This document shows positions 11,609 to 20,416 of a stretch of DNA of 64,000 bases, piece by piece. Source of the stretch: a virus. Taxonomy: Duplodnaviria > Caudoviricetes. The stretch is taken from the IMG/VR virus record IMGVR_UViG_3300042870_001240; one strand, written 5' to 3'. A program made the position numbers and the translations under genes. How positions within the stretch are numbered: the stretch's first letter is position 1; each line of letters begins with the position of its first letter. Under the pieces are notes generated by a model that saw nothing but the letters and a program-made list of their open reading frames with translations, did no database searches and had not been told where the DNA came from.

Positions 11609-11644
11609 AAAAAATCGATGAAATTTTATCTTCATCGACTTTTT
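11607..11644. terminator. bidirectional intrinsic terminator
   Basis: TCGATGAA/TTCATCGA stem flanked by A and T tracts between convergent genes. Confidence 0.7.
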
Positions 11645-11679
11645 GGAAATTAAACCATATTAATTGATTGTATTGTTTT

Positions 11680-12480
11680 TTAACCTACGTCACTTGGTTC
11701 ACCCTTGTCTCCACCAGCAATATCACCAGCATTTGCTGTTTTTGCGACACTTCCTGGTGAAGTTTTATTTGAACTTAAAGGTGTTTTTCCAACAGGTGTA
11801 GTTCCCGCCTTTGTTGCCGCATCAGGTGTTGTCTGCGATTGAGTTTTTGTTGCGGTTGAAGTCTCCGCACCTAAAGCACTTACAATACCATTAAGGGTTA
11901 TGTTACCCATAACACCATCAACACCATCTTTATTAGGTCCTGAAGTACCCAATTTAAATCCTTTTTGTTTTAATATTTGTTGGATTTGTGTTACAAGTGG
12001 TCCTTTAGTAGCCCTTGAAGCCGCAGCCAATTTATCCGCCACCGCTTTATCCGCCACCGCTTTATCCGCTGCCGCTTTCTCCGCCGCCGCTTTCTCCGCC
12101 GCCGCTTTATTAGGATTATTAGGAATTTGTCCAACACTTCTAACCACCGCTTTACTTCCTGAGGCTTGTAAACCACCATTTCTTAATACCTCATCGCCAC
12201 TATCTCTCCAAAAGTTAGCATAAGTACCCACCCCAAAGTCATTATCAATTGCCTTTTGTTGTAAATCATTTAATAAAGCACCTTGAAATGTCCTTTTCAT
12301 TTCTTTAGAATATTGCATAATTTTATCATACGCATCTTGTGAAATTCCTCCAGGGATTTCTTGTCCACTCTTTTCATCTATAACTTCTTTAAGATATTGT
12401 TTTTTAGTTGCTTCTTTATGAAGATTTAAAATTCTTTTTGACTCTTCTTCATTTAAAAAATATAATTTTTTCATACCCAT
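11680..12480 (-). CDS. peptidoglycan-binding-domain protein, probable virion protein
   Basis: VTQIQQILKQKGF...DGVDGVMGNIT PG-binding motif; AAAEK/AVADK repeats. Confidence 0.65.
   Translation of the reverse strand: MGMKKLYFLNEEESKRILNLHKEATKKQYLKEVIDEKSGQEIPGGISQDAYDKIMQYSKEMKRTFQGALLNDLQQKAIDNDFGVGTYANFWRDSGDEVLRNGGLQASGSKAVVRSVGQIPNNPNKAAAEKAAAEKAAADKAVADKAVADKLAAASRATKGPLVTQIQQILKQKGFKLGTSGPNKDGVDGVMGNITLNGIVSALGAETSTATKTQSQTTPDAATKAGTTPVGKTPLSSNKTSPGSVAKTANAGDIAGGDKGEPSDVG
12031..12105. repeat. 15-bp tandem repeat x5 (AAAEK/AVADK)
   Basis: ttt(a/c)tccgc(c/t)(a/g)ccgc units read directly. Confidence 0.85.
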
Positions 12481-12543
12481 TTCTGTTTAATATATAAATA
12501 TCCGTTTTTCCAAAAAAAAAACGTTTTATTCAAAATTTATTTA

Positions 12544-14253
12544 TTATAAATCTAATTTGTATTTAAATAACCCACAATCCCATATTTTATCGTAACCTAA
12601 TTCTGTGGTCAACTCCTTTTCAGTTTTGGTATAATCTAAATCAGGAAATCTTTTTTTAAGATTGTTTTTACCAAACCCAAATTTATGGAATCTTTTATAT
12701 TTACTAACCTTTGAATTATAATAATAATATGTTGGTTTTGTTATCGACACTAAATTAAATCCCAAGTTAGTATATAGATTATTTTCTGGGTTAATCGTCC
12801 ATCTTCTATCCGCAAAACTAATTATTGATGTTGGGTTATATTCATTGATAAAATGCTTAATAAATTTAGAGGCTAACCCCCTAATTAAGTAATTTTGTTT
12901 TGTAGCATATCTACTTAATTCAAATTCACCATCATTATTTTTAGTCATATTACGTTTATCGTTAAACGTCATGACACCAACCATAACATCTTTATAATAC
13001 GCCCCATAAGAGATGTTAGATTTGTCAGTTCCTTGAATATGATTATTTTTTAAAAAAAACGATTTATCCTCTGTATTGATTTTTTTAATCGTAACATTTC
13101 TACCACCGATTTTAATCCCATCATTAACTTTTAACAAATGTTTTATTTTTGATTTAACCAAATTTTTATTTATCTTCCATTCATCCTCAAAAATATGAAA
13201 TAACCTATATCCAATTTGATTGCAATCAATAGTTTTATTTAAATGATAAGAACTTGTTTTACCCATCTTCTCTGTGTGGTAATATAAACCATTATATTCA
13301 ATACATATGTTTGTTCCCTCGATTACTATGTCAATTTCCTTACCATTTAACATTTTACGATTTTTACTTTTACCAACAATAAATCCAAGACTCTCAATAA
13401 ATTCTTTAATTTCCGTTTCACCCTTTGATGTCCAAGTTGGTACCATGTTAATGTTGGTGGTTTTCGATAAATCACTTAATTTTTTTGATATGGAAGTTGA
13501 TACAATTTTTTCGTTTGGGTATTTTAATTTATATTCTAATGTTGTGATATTATGTTTTTCTTTTAGGTGAGTATTTGTTATACTTTTCATTTTTTCACCA
13601 CAAATTTTACAAATAACATAATTTTTACTTTTAGATAAAAATTTGGTTAATTCTGTTTTTTTTATATAATTTGGGTGATGTTTAACATCTTCAGGGAATT
13701 TTAATAAATAATCATCTAATGTTATTTTATGAGATTTACCTATATGTGTCTCAAAACAACCTGTTTTATTTGAAGTGTCCTCTGTTACCCATTCACATAA
13801 TTTACATTTTCTTGTTGGTAAACTTTCAATCTCAATTATGTTGAAATATTCCTCAAACCATTTTTTGTCGTTAATTAATTCGTATTTTTTTCTTTGGTAA
13901 GTATTAGTTGGAATCCACACATCCCCGTATAATTCAATAATATGTTTGGTTAATTTACCAGATAAATTATTGGGGTCTTTAATTACTACATTAGTTTTTT
14001 TACATTGTGCAATTAATTCGTGGGTATCTGAAGTTGTATATAAGTTAGATTTTACGGTTTCAATTTCAAAACTATTACCCATTTGGATTTGACCACCCTT
14101 TTTATTAATCACAATATTATTTTCTTTTAATATTTGACTGATTTTTTTATGACCAACTTTAAATTTTTCCGCTAATTTATGAGTACTTGGAATTTCAGTT
14201 TGATACAATTCAATAATGTTAACTATATTTTCAGGAGTTAATTTGGTTTTCAT
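12544..14253 (-). CDS. Hef-like/PD-(D/E)XK homing endonuclease with zinc fingers and a GNAT-like C-terminal domain
   Basis: CxxC...H zinc fingers, EIDI...IEYNGLYYH, IFEDEW, IISFADRRW. Confidence 0.7.
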   Translation of the reverse strand: MKTKLTPENIVNIIELYQTEIPSTHKLAEKFKVGHKKISQILKENNIVINKKGGQIQMGNSFEIETVKSNLYTTSDTHELIAQCKKTNVVIKDPNNLSGKLTKHIIELYGDVWIPTNTYQRKKYELINDKKWFEEYFNIIEIESLPTRKCKLCEWVTEDTSNKTGCFETHIGKSHKITLDDYLLKFPEDVKHHPNYIKKTELTKFLSKSKNYVICKICGEKMKSITNTHLKEKHNITTLEYKLKYPNEKIVSTSISKKLSDLSKTTNINMVPTWTSKGETEIKEFIESLGFIVGKSKNRKMLNGKEIDIVIEGTNICIEYNGLYYHTEKMGKTSSYHLNKTIDCNQIGYRLFHIFEDEWKINKNLVKSKIKHLLKVNDGIKIGGRNVTIKKINTEDKSFFLKNNHIQGTDKSNISYGAYYKDVMVGVMTFNDKRNMTKNNDGEFELSRYATKQNYLIRGLASKFIKHFINEYNPTSIISFADRRWTINPENNLYTNLGFNLVSITKPTYYYYNSKVSKYKRFHKFGFGKNNLKKRFPDLDYTKTEKELTTELGYDKIWDCGLFKYKLDL

Positions 14254-14326
14254 ATTTATATAAATATAATATTATTTACGTAAAAGTCAAATTATAACCC
14301 ATTTATTTTTAACCCATTTTATAAAT

Positions 14327-14355
14327 AAAAAAAGAGGACATATAGTCCTCTTTTT
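14327..14355 (-). terminator. intrinsic terminator after the capsid gene
   Basis: GAGGAC-ATATA-GTCCTC with A/T tracts. Confidence 0.75.
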
Positions 14356-14378
14356 GTTAAATATGATAAGATTTTTGA

Positions 14379-16274
14379 TTATCTCAATTCTCTTAAGTCA
14401 AAAGTTCTAACTCCATCAACCGTGATACGACCGTAAAAACGGTTATTTACCATCTTTTTCGCGTATCTTGTCATAATTCCTTTAATTGGTGTGAAATTAA
14501 ATGGATTATACATTGTTGGTGTTAATTGTAATGGTACGTATGGTGCGTAGATGTAACCAGTATCTAACAATGATGTTCCTTTGTGTCCAATCAAAACTTG
14601 GTTTGGTGGAAAGTAAGGGTCACGGTAAACTTGGTAACGACCAGCTAATGTACCAACTCTTTCAATACCCATGTTGTATTGGTCTTGCTCAGGAGACGCG
14701 TTAGATACGTGGAAGTATTCTAAATCATCAAAAATTGCGGAAACTTCAGAAGAAACAACAATCCAGTTAGCTCCACCTCTTAAAGTAGACTTGTGAATTT
14801 GTGCTGACAACTGATTAATCGCAGTGATTAATGTTTGGTTCCAGTCTTTTTGAGTGTAGTTAGTTGTTGAAGAAATTCTTCTCCAACCGTTGTAGTCCCA
14901 ACGTAAGTTCCAAGCCGCACCTTTACGTAAATCTCTTAAGATTTCACGGTCGATTTCAGCCGCAACTTGTTCAGATAATAAAGCTGTTAATTCAGCTTCA
15001 GCATCGATGTTGTGGAAAGCTGCAACGTCTTGAGCTAACTCAGGAGACCATTGTGCTCTTAATTTTCTTTCAGTAACAGAAACTGTAACAGAATCCAATT
15101 CGAAAGAAACCTCACCGATTTTGTCTTCAAATTCTAATTCTTTGTAACGTCTGAATACCGCAGTAAATGCCGTATCGGAAACATTAGCTCCAAGAGTAGT
15201 TCCTGTGTAACCATCTAATGTATCTGAACCACAATCAGCACATGCTGGACATGATAAATCAACTTCTAAATAGATACAACCTGTTGGTGAACAGATGTCA
15301 TTGTATTGACCACCATTACCATTAGTTGGCCATGTAGTTTGTGCCATACTGTTTAATCCTGACACAATTCCTTGACCGTATTGTTGAGTAACAACTCTGA
15401 ACAATAATGATTTTGGATTATGAGCCGCGTCAAATACGTTTTGACATTGTGTTGATGCAGTACTTGCAGACCATGTAGAGTCAGTATAAGTACCGTTAGC
15501 AAAAATTCTTAAATCAGATAAAAAAGTCTCAGAATCATATTCGTTACCATCAGGTCCGATTAATTTTCCTGTACCTACATTTGCAAATCCGCACATAGAA
15601 ACAATTACTTTTCTAACATTTTGATTGTCTAACGTTGTTCCCGTTCCTAAGTCAGTTAAGGCACCATTTTCCCAAACTTGGATATTTGTTCCAACAGTAA
15701 CTGCTGACCATTGTCCTTTAGAGTAATCGAATAAACCTGGAGGGTCTAATTGTCCTTCATTTCCTTCGTAAAATAAATCGTAAAGATTTTTCTTACCGTA
15801 AGTAGATGATGTACCATAACCAAGACCAGCTTGTCCTTGTGCCGCAGTTAAACCATCAACAGCACCAATTGGTCCGTAATGTTCACCTGATTGACCAGCG
15901 TAATCGTTACCTGGTGTTTGAGCGGTTCCGCCATCATACCCTTGAATTTTAGGTACGAAGTAGAACAATTTACCGATTGGTAAGTTCATCGCTTGTACAG
16001 AAACGATTTCATTCGCTAATAATTTAGAGAATACACGTCTAACGATAGGAAAAACAACAGTTTCAAATGAACCTGAAGAACCTTCCGCAGTAGCTTCGTT
16101 TATTAAGTGAGACGCTTGATTCTCATATAACTGAGCTACGTTCTCTTTTAGGTGACCTTTAAGGCCTTCTAGGAATCCTAATTTATCCCATTTGTTGATT
16201 GTATCTTCTTTGATAACTTTAAGGTGTTTTAACCCGATGTTACCTACAAGACCTGATTCTAATAATGCTCCCAT
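14379..16274 (-). CDS. major capsid protein (T4 gp23-like)
   Basis: VQAMNLPIGKLFY, RKLRAQWSPELAQD, YAPYVPL, MTRYA motifs. Confidence 0.95.
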   Translation of the reverse strand: MGALLESGLVGNIGLKHLKVIKEDTINKWDKLGFLEGLKGHLKENVAQLYENQASHLINEATAEGSSGSFETVVFPIVRRVFSKLLANEIVSVQAMNLPIGKLFYFVPKIQGYDGGTAQTPGNDYAGQSGEHYGPIGAVDGLTAAQGQAGLGYGTSSTYGKKNLYDLFYEGNEGQLDPPGLFDYSKGQWSAVTVGTNIQVWENGALTDLGTGTTLDNQNVRKVIVSMCGFANVGTGKLIGPDGNEYDSETFLSDLRIFANGTYTDSTWSASTASTQCQNVFDAAHNPKSLLFRVVTQQYGQGIVSGLNSMAQTTWPTNGNGGQYNDICSPTGCIYLEVDLSCPACADCGSDTLDGYTGTTLGANVSDTAFTAVFRRYKELEFEDKIGEVSFELDSVTVSVTERKLRAQWSPELAQDVAAFHNIDAEAELTALLSEQVAAEIDREILRDLRKGAAWNLRWDYNGWRRISSTTNYTQKDWNQTLITAINQLSAQIHKSTLRGGANWIVVSSEVSAIFDDLEYFHVSNASPEQDQYNMGIERVGTLAGRYQVYRDPYFPPNQVLIGHKGTSLLDTGYIYAPYVPLQLTPTMYNPFNFTPIKGIMTRYAKKMVNNRFYGRITVDGVRTFDLRELR

Positions 16275-16319
16275 TTTAGTTTTTTTTTTGTTTTTTTTTG
16301 TTTAGTTTATTTTTATGTT

Positions 16320-17780
16320 TTATTTCATTTTAGACATTAAGTCTTTCATTCTAAGGAATTGAGGATTTTCATAAGTTTTGTTCTCAATTAAGTTAATCGC
16401 TGAGCCTGTCGTTGGTGCGTTTTCAATTTTACGCTCAAATGATTCATTCATTGATTGACTTGTTGTAGGTGAAAGTTCGTCTTTAATGGTTTTGTACAAA
16501 CCTTTAGATTCTTTGATTGATTCTACACCATCAAATCTTCTTAAAATATTGATTTTTTCTTGTTTTGATGTTGAGTGTTCAGTGAACAAACGTGTAGCGT
16601 ATGCTAAGTTTGAGTTGAATACTGCAACTTCATTCAATTTATTTCTGAAGATGTTTAATGCTTTTCTGTATTCTTCATTCTTTTCTCTAAGAACTTGTAC
16701 TTCTTTTGTGTTACTTTCTTTAAGTGCCATGTTAAATGCTGAGTGAGCTCTTGGTTTTGGTAAACCACCTTTTCTACCCGCAATACTACCTGTACCTAAT
16801 GTCCGTACACCTTCTTTGGTTTCCGCTTTTTTGACCATCTTGTTTTTTCCAAGTTTGTCACCTAAGTTTTCACCTTCCTTATATTCAAATTTTGCTTTAC
16901 CCGTACCAACCGCACTAGGACCTTGTTTCATTTTTGTTTTGAAACCTGTTCCTTGATTTGGATTTTTAGAGTAAACTTTTACGTTAGGACCTTTTCCCAT
17001 TCCAACTCCTTTTGGTTTGATAGTTTTCTTACCTGACTTAGATTCGTACATGTTTTCCATGTCGTCTTCCATCATTTCTTCATCCTCATCATCAAATGAG
17101 ATTTCATAAACGACTTCAGATTCATCCATTTCGTCTTCTTCAGAGTCAAATTCTTCTGAGGTAAAACCCATGTCTTCGTCTTCCATCATATCAGAGTCGT
17201 CCTCGTTAAAAACTTTTTCAATGATGTCATCAATATTAGAATCAGATTCGTATTCTTCTTCATCTTCCATATCATCATCATCGCTAAACATTTCATTAAA
17301 CTCCATGTCATCTTCCATTCCTTCACCAACAATCATATATTCTTTGTTTGCTTGAGTATCCTTAAGATTAATATTACCGCCAGCATCTTTCGTTACTACG
17401 ATATTATCATCAGGTCCCATCAATTGGAATACACGAAGAACTTCTTCGTCTGATTTGTTAGTTAAGTCGATTGGTTCTGCCATGTCATCATCTTCCATGT
17501 CATCTTCCATGTCATCATCTGACATGTCTTCGTCTTCAACGTCTGTATCTTGGTTATCAGCGTCCATATCCATATCCATGTCATCCATGTCCATGTCCAT
17601 ATCCGCATCGTCTTCAACCTCGTCATCTGATTCTTGTTCAAATAGAGATTCTTTTACCAATTCTTTGATTTCTTGCGACATTGTTGAAGCAAGTATTCCT
17701 TTTGCGTTTTCGGCAACCGCTTCTTCCAAATTTTTCATTTGAATGATTGCATCTTCTACTAATGATTTTTCTTTTGCCAT
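16320..17780 (-). CDS. prohead core scaffolding protein (gp22-like), acidic
   Basis: D/E/M-rich protein between protease and capsid gene; coiled-coil C-terminus; ATG at 17780 follows TATTTAT (17803-17809). Confidence 0.7.
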   Translation of the reverse strand: MAKEKSLVEDAIIQMKNLEEAVAENAKGILASTMSQEIKELVKESLFEQESDDEVEDDADMDMDMDDMDMDMDADNQDTDVEDEDMSDDDMEDDMEDDDMAEPIDLTNKSDEEVLRVFQLMGPDDNIVVTKDAGGNINLKDTQANKEYMIVGEGMEDDMEFNEMFSDDDDMEDEEEYESDSNIDDIIEKVFNEDDSDMMEDEDMGFTSEEFDSEEDEMDESEVVYEISFDDEDEEMMEDDMENMYESKSGKKTIKPKGVGMGKGPNVKVYSKNPNQGTGFKTKMKQGPSAVGTGKAKFEYKEGENLGDKLGKNKMVKKAETKEGVRTLGTGSIAGRKGGLPKPRAHSAFNMALKESNTKEVQVLREKNEEYRKALNIFRNKLNEVAVFNSNLAYATRLFTEHSTSKQEKINILRRFDGVESIKESKGLYKTIKDELSPTTSQSMNESFERKIENAPTTGSAINLIENKTYENPQFLRMKDLMSKMK

Positions 17781-17895
17781 TGTGAGTTTTATATTTTTAT
17801 ATATAAATATTACCAATTGTGAAAAAAGTTTAATTTAACTCAATTCCAATCCGTTTATTTATTAATTAATAAATATCACCCATTTGACAAAAAAT

Positions 17896-17924
17896 AAAAA
17901 AGGAGACCTTTTGGGTCTCCTTTT
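17896..17924 (-). terminator. intrinsic terminator
   Basis: GGAGACC/GGTCTCC stem with A/T tracts. Confidence 0.75.
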
Positions 17925-17945
17925 AATTTATTATTGAAATTTAAT

Positions 17946-18161
17946 TTACTCTATTACTTCATTAATTTTACTTTCAACAATTGCCGTAATTCTCCAATCT
18001 TGGGTATACGACCCGAAAATCTTAGTTACTTTTGCCTCAACATCAGTTGGGGTGAATCCGTTCACTAATTTTTCTTCTCTTAATTTTTTAATTTTTCCTG
18101 ATTCAGAATCTACTGAATCAATTGTAACTTTTGCTACGAAATACTTTTCTCCTTGTTCCAT
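17946..18161 (-). CDS. hypothetical protein
   Basis: ORF in the head module. Confidence 0.65.
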   Translation of the reverse strand: MEQGEKYFVAKVTIDSVDSESGKIKKLREEKLVNGFTPTDVEAKVTKIFGSYTQDWRITAIVESKINEVIE

Positions 18162-18177
18162 GTTTAATAATTTTTTT

Positions 18178-18903
18178 TTATCTGTTTCCTAAATAATCGT
18201 TCAATTTTTTCATTAAGTCAAGCGATTTGTTTCCTGAATCCCCAACATGTCTTTCTACCGACATTCTTTTTTCTTCTTCAATGTTCTCTTCAAAATTACC
18301 TTTATCTTCTTTATTTAAGAAAAGATACGCTCCTGGTGTTGATGGAGAAGAAACTAAGTCAAAACAGATTAATTCAAAATCGTCTTGTACTTCATTCTGT
18401 TCACCAATCTTTTTTAAAGACCCAACACCTCTTGATGAGATACCAAGGGTTACACCTTGTCTTAAGTAGTTTGCCGCCATATCTCCTTTAGTCGATACAA
18501 TTCCTCTTTCGTGGAACCCTGGACTTGTCAATAATTTTAGTTTACCCATTAAGGTTGGTCCTTCCCACCAAACATCTGTAATTAAATGAGACACTCGGTC
18601 TAAATCAATTAGTGATGATTCGGGGTGATTTAACTCAGATAAAGAGGTTCCCTTTTGGATTAGTTTTTTATAATTGTCCGCTTCTCTTTTAAGGATACGT
18701 TCAGGATATATTCTACCGTTTCTATTAGGTGTATTATATTTTTGTAAAACCGCATAAAACTCAAATGGTTTAGAATGGTCCAACATATTCGTTGATTCTA
18801 ATATGTAAGAATTTTGTTCGTTTTTTGGTGAAATATATCCAGCATCATACTCGACTAATATCCCCTTACCTGACTCACCAGGTTTTATAATTTTTAGATT
18901 CAT
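18178..18903 (-). CDS. prohead maturation protease (T4 gp21-like)
   Basis: NRNGRIYP, ELNHP, GISSRGVG, FDLVSSPSTPGA. Confidence 0.92.
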   Translation of the reverse strand: MNLKIIKPGESGKGILVEYDAGYISPKNEQNSYILESTNMLDHSKPFEFYAVLQKYNTPNRNGRIYPERILKREADNYKKLIQKGTSLSELNHPESSLIDLDRVSHLITDVWWEGPTLMGKLKLLTSPGFHERGIVSTKGDMAANYLRQGVTLGISSRGVGSLKKIGEQNEVQDDFELICFDLVSSPSTPGAYLFLNKEDKGNFEENIEEEKRMSVERHVGDSGNKSLDLMKKLNDYLGNR

Positions 18904-18915
18904 CTTTAATTTTAA

Positions 18916-19395
18916 TTATAAATATTGAAGATTATCTATTTGTGTCACCAATTCTTTTCTTTTCCCATTTTTAGTTGGGTAAAACTTAAAGTATTCATGT
19001 TCGTTGAAGCTTTGTTGTACAATGTCTTTTGTCATTTTTTTCAGAGAATCTCGTAATCTAATTGATTTAAAATCTGTATCTTGTTCTTTTAGGTAAATGT
19101 TAATTTCTAAATTTAAGAACGATTTTTTTCCTGTTGATAATCCACTTGACCGTAAATCTAAATCAACAATAAAGTTATCGTCAAATAAGTGTCTATCAAT
19201 ACTACCATGTACAATGTGTCTTATTTCCCGACTTAGATTTAAAACAACCCTGTTCCAATTCTCTGTGTCTTTTATTGGTTCTACCCATGTTTGAAGATTT
19301 AAATAAAGTGATTTAAAGTTTATTGAGTCTACCGTGCCATACACGACTTTTGTAGACTTGAATCCTTGGATTTGTGAGGTTTTCCCCTTTTTCAT
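18916..19395 (-). CDS. hypothetical protein
   Basis: ORF in the head module. Confidence 0.65.
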   Translation of the reverse strand: MKKGKTSQIQGFKSTKVVYGTVDSINFKSLYLNLQTWVEPIKDTENWNRVVLNLSREIRHIVHGSIDRHLFDDNFIVDLDLRSSGLSTGKKSFLNLEINIYLKEQDTDFKSIRLRDSLKKMTKDIVQQSFNEHEYFKFYPTKNGKRKELVTQIDNLQYL

Positions 19396-19489
19396 TAATT
19401 TCCATATTTTTATAGTTTATTTTCCAAAAAAATAGGTATTATTGTTCCAATAGTCAAAATAAATTAAAATGGAAAGATATTTGTAATAT

Positions 19490-19681
19490 ATGCTAATAAT
19501 CAAAGTGGAAAAGGGTAATCTCGAAAGAGCCCTAAAAATGTACAAAAGTAAGGTCATTAAAACAAGACAAATGTCTGAATTAAATGGACGTAAAACATTC
19601 GTTAAAAATTCTGTGAAAAATAGAGAAATAATGAAGAAATCAAAATACGTTCAACAAAAGTTTAAATCTAACGAAGATTAA
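19490..19681 (+). CDS. rpsU: 30S ribosomal protein bS21
   Basis: 63-aa basic protein MLIIKV...LERALKMYK...RKTFVKNSVKNR, Bacteroidetes-type. Confidence 0.85.
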   Translation: MLIIKVEKGNLERALKMYKSKVIKTRQMSELNGRKTFVKNSVKNREIMKKSKYVQQKFKSNED

Positions 19682-20394
19682 AGAGTTTCTTTAAGATTTT
19701 TTAATTTAAAATAAGATAGTTTGTCATACTTTTCTGATTCAACTTTTTCAATTGTTTCGGTAATTCTATTTAATGTACCGATATCAGAACCTTCTTGCAA
19801 CGCTTTTAATTTTACAATTACCTCTCCTTTAATCGAATCAAAATTTTCTTTTAATACAGAATCATCTGTAGATAAAAATTTCATTAAATCTTTCTTTTCA
19901 GATTCATTTAATCCATTGATATAACTTGAGATTGTTTTATTTGCGACACTCACCATGGTAGTTAGTGGTAATTGTATAATTTCTTTATTAATTGGTTTGG
20001 GAACCATTAAAGATTCTTTAATCAATTTTTTACTTTTGATTTTAGATTCGATAGTTAATACGTCAGTTGAAAATAATCCATCAACAGTTTCGTATAGGTT
20101 TTCTGATTTAACATTACCAACCCAAGTCTTTAGATTATTTAACTCAGAAGATTTAATTTTGTTAATGGTATTTTCATACATGGTAATACACTCATGTATA
20201 TAATCATTAACCGTATTTTCCTTTAAACCTTTCTTAGAACTTAATTCATCGTATAGATAAAATATCTTACTGATATTTTTATTCTCTAATACTAATTTTT
20301 TAAAATTTTTTAATTCATCTTTAAAAGTATCGTTAGAATATGATTCTAATAAAACTTTTTCTATCTTAGATTTTAATATACCAAACTTAATCAT
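19678..20394 (-). CDS. hypothetical head-module protein
   Basis: ORF with TATTTAT at 20410-20416. Confidence 0.7.
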   Translation of the reverse strand: MIKFGILKSKIEKVLLESYSNDTFKDELKNFKKLVLENKNISKIFYLYDELSSKKGLKENTVNDYIHECITMYENTINKIKSSELNNLKTWVGNVKSENLYETVDGLFSTDVLTIESKIKSKKLIKESLMVPKPINKEIIQLPLTTMVSVANKTISSYINGLNESEKKDLMKFLSTDDSVLKENFDSIKGEVIVKLKALQEGSDIGTLNRITETIEKVESEKYDKLSYFKLKNLKETL

Positions 20395-20416
20395 TTTCGT
20401 TTTTTTATTATAAATA

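Noticed and set aside
16486-17742. Plus-strand Ser-rich ORFs opposite the scaffold gene, and other short antisense ORFs in the track
   Set aside because: Shadow frames of biased coding sequence on the other strand
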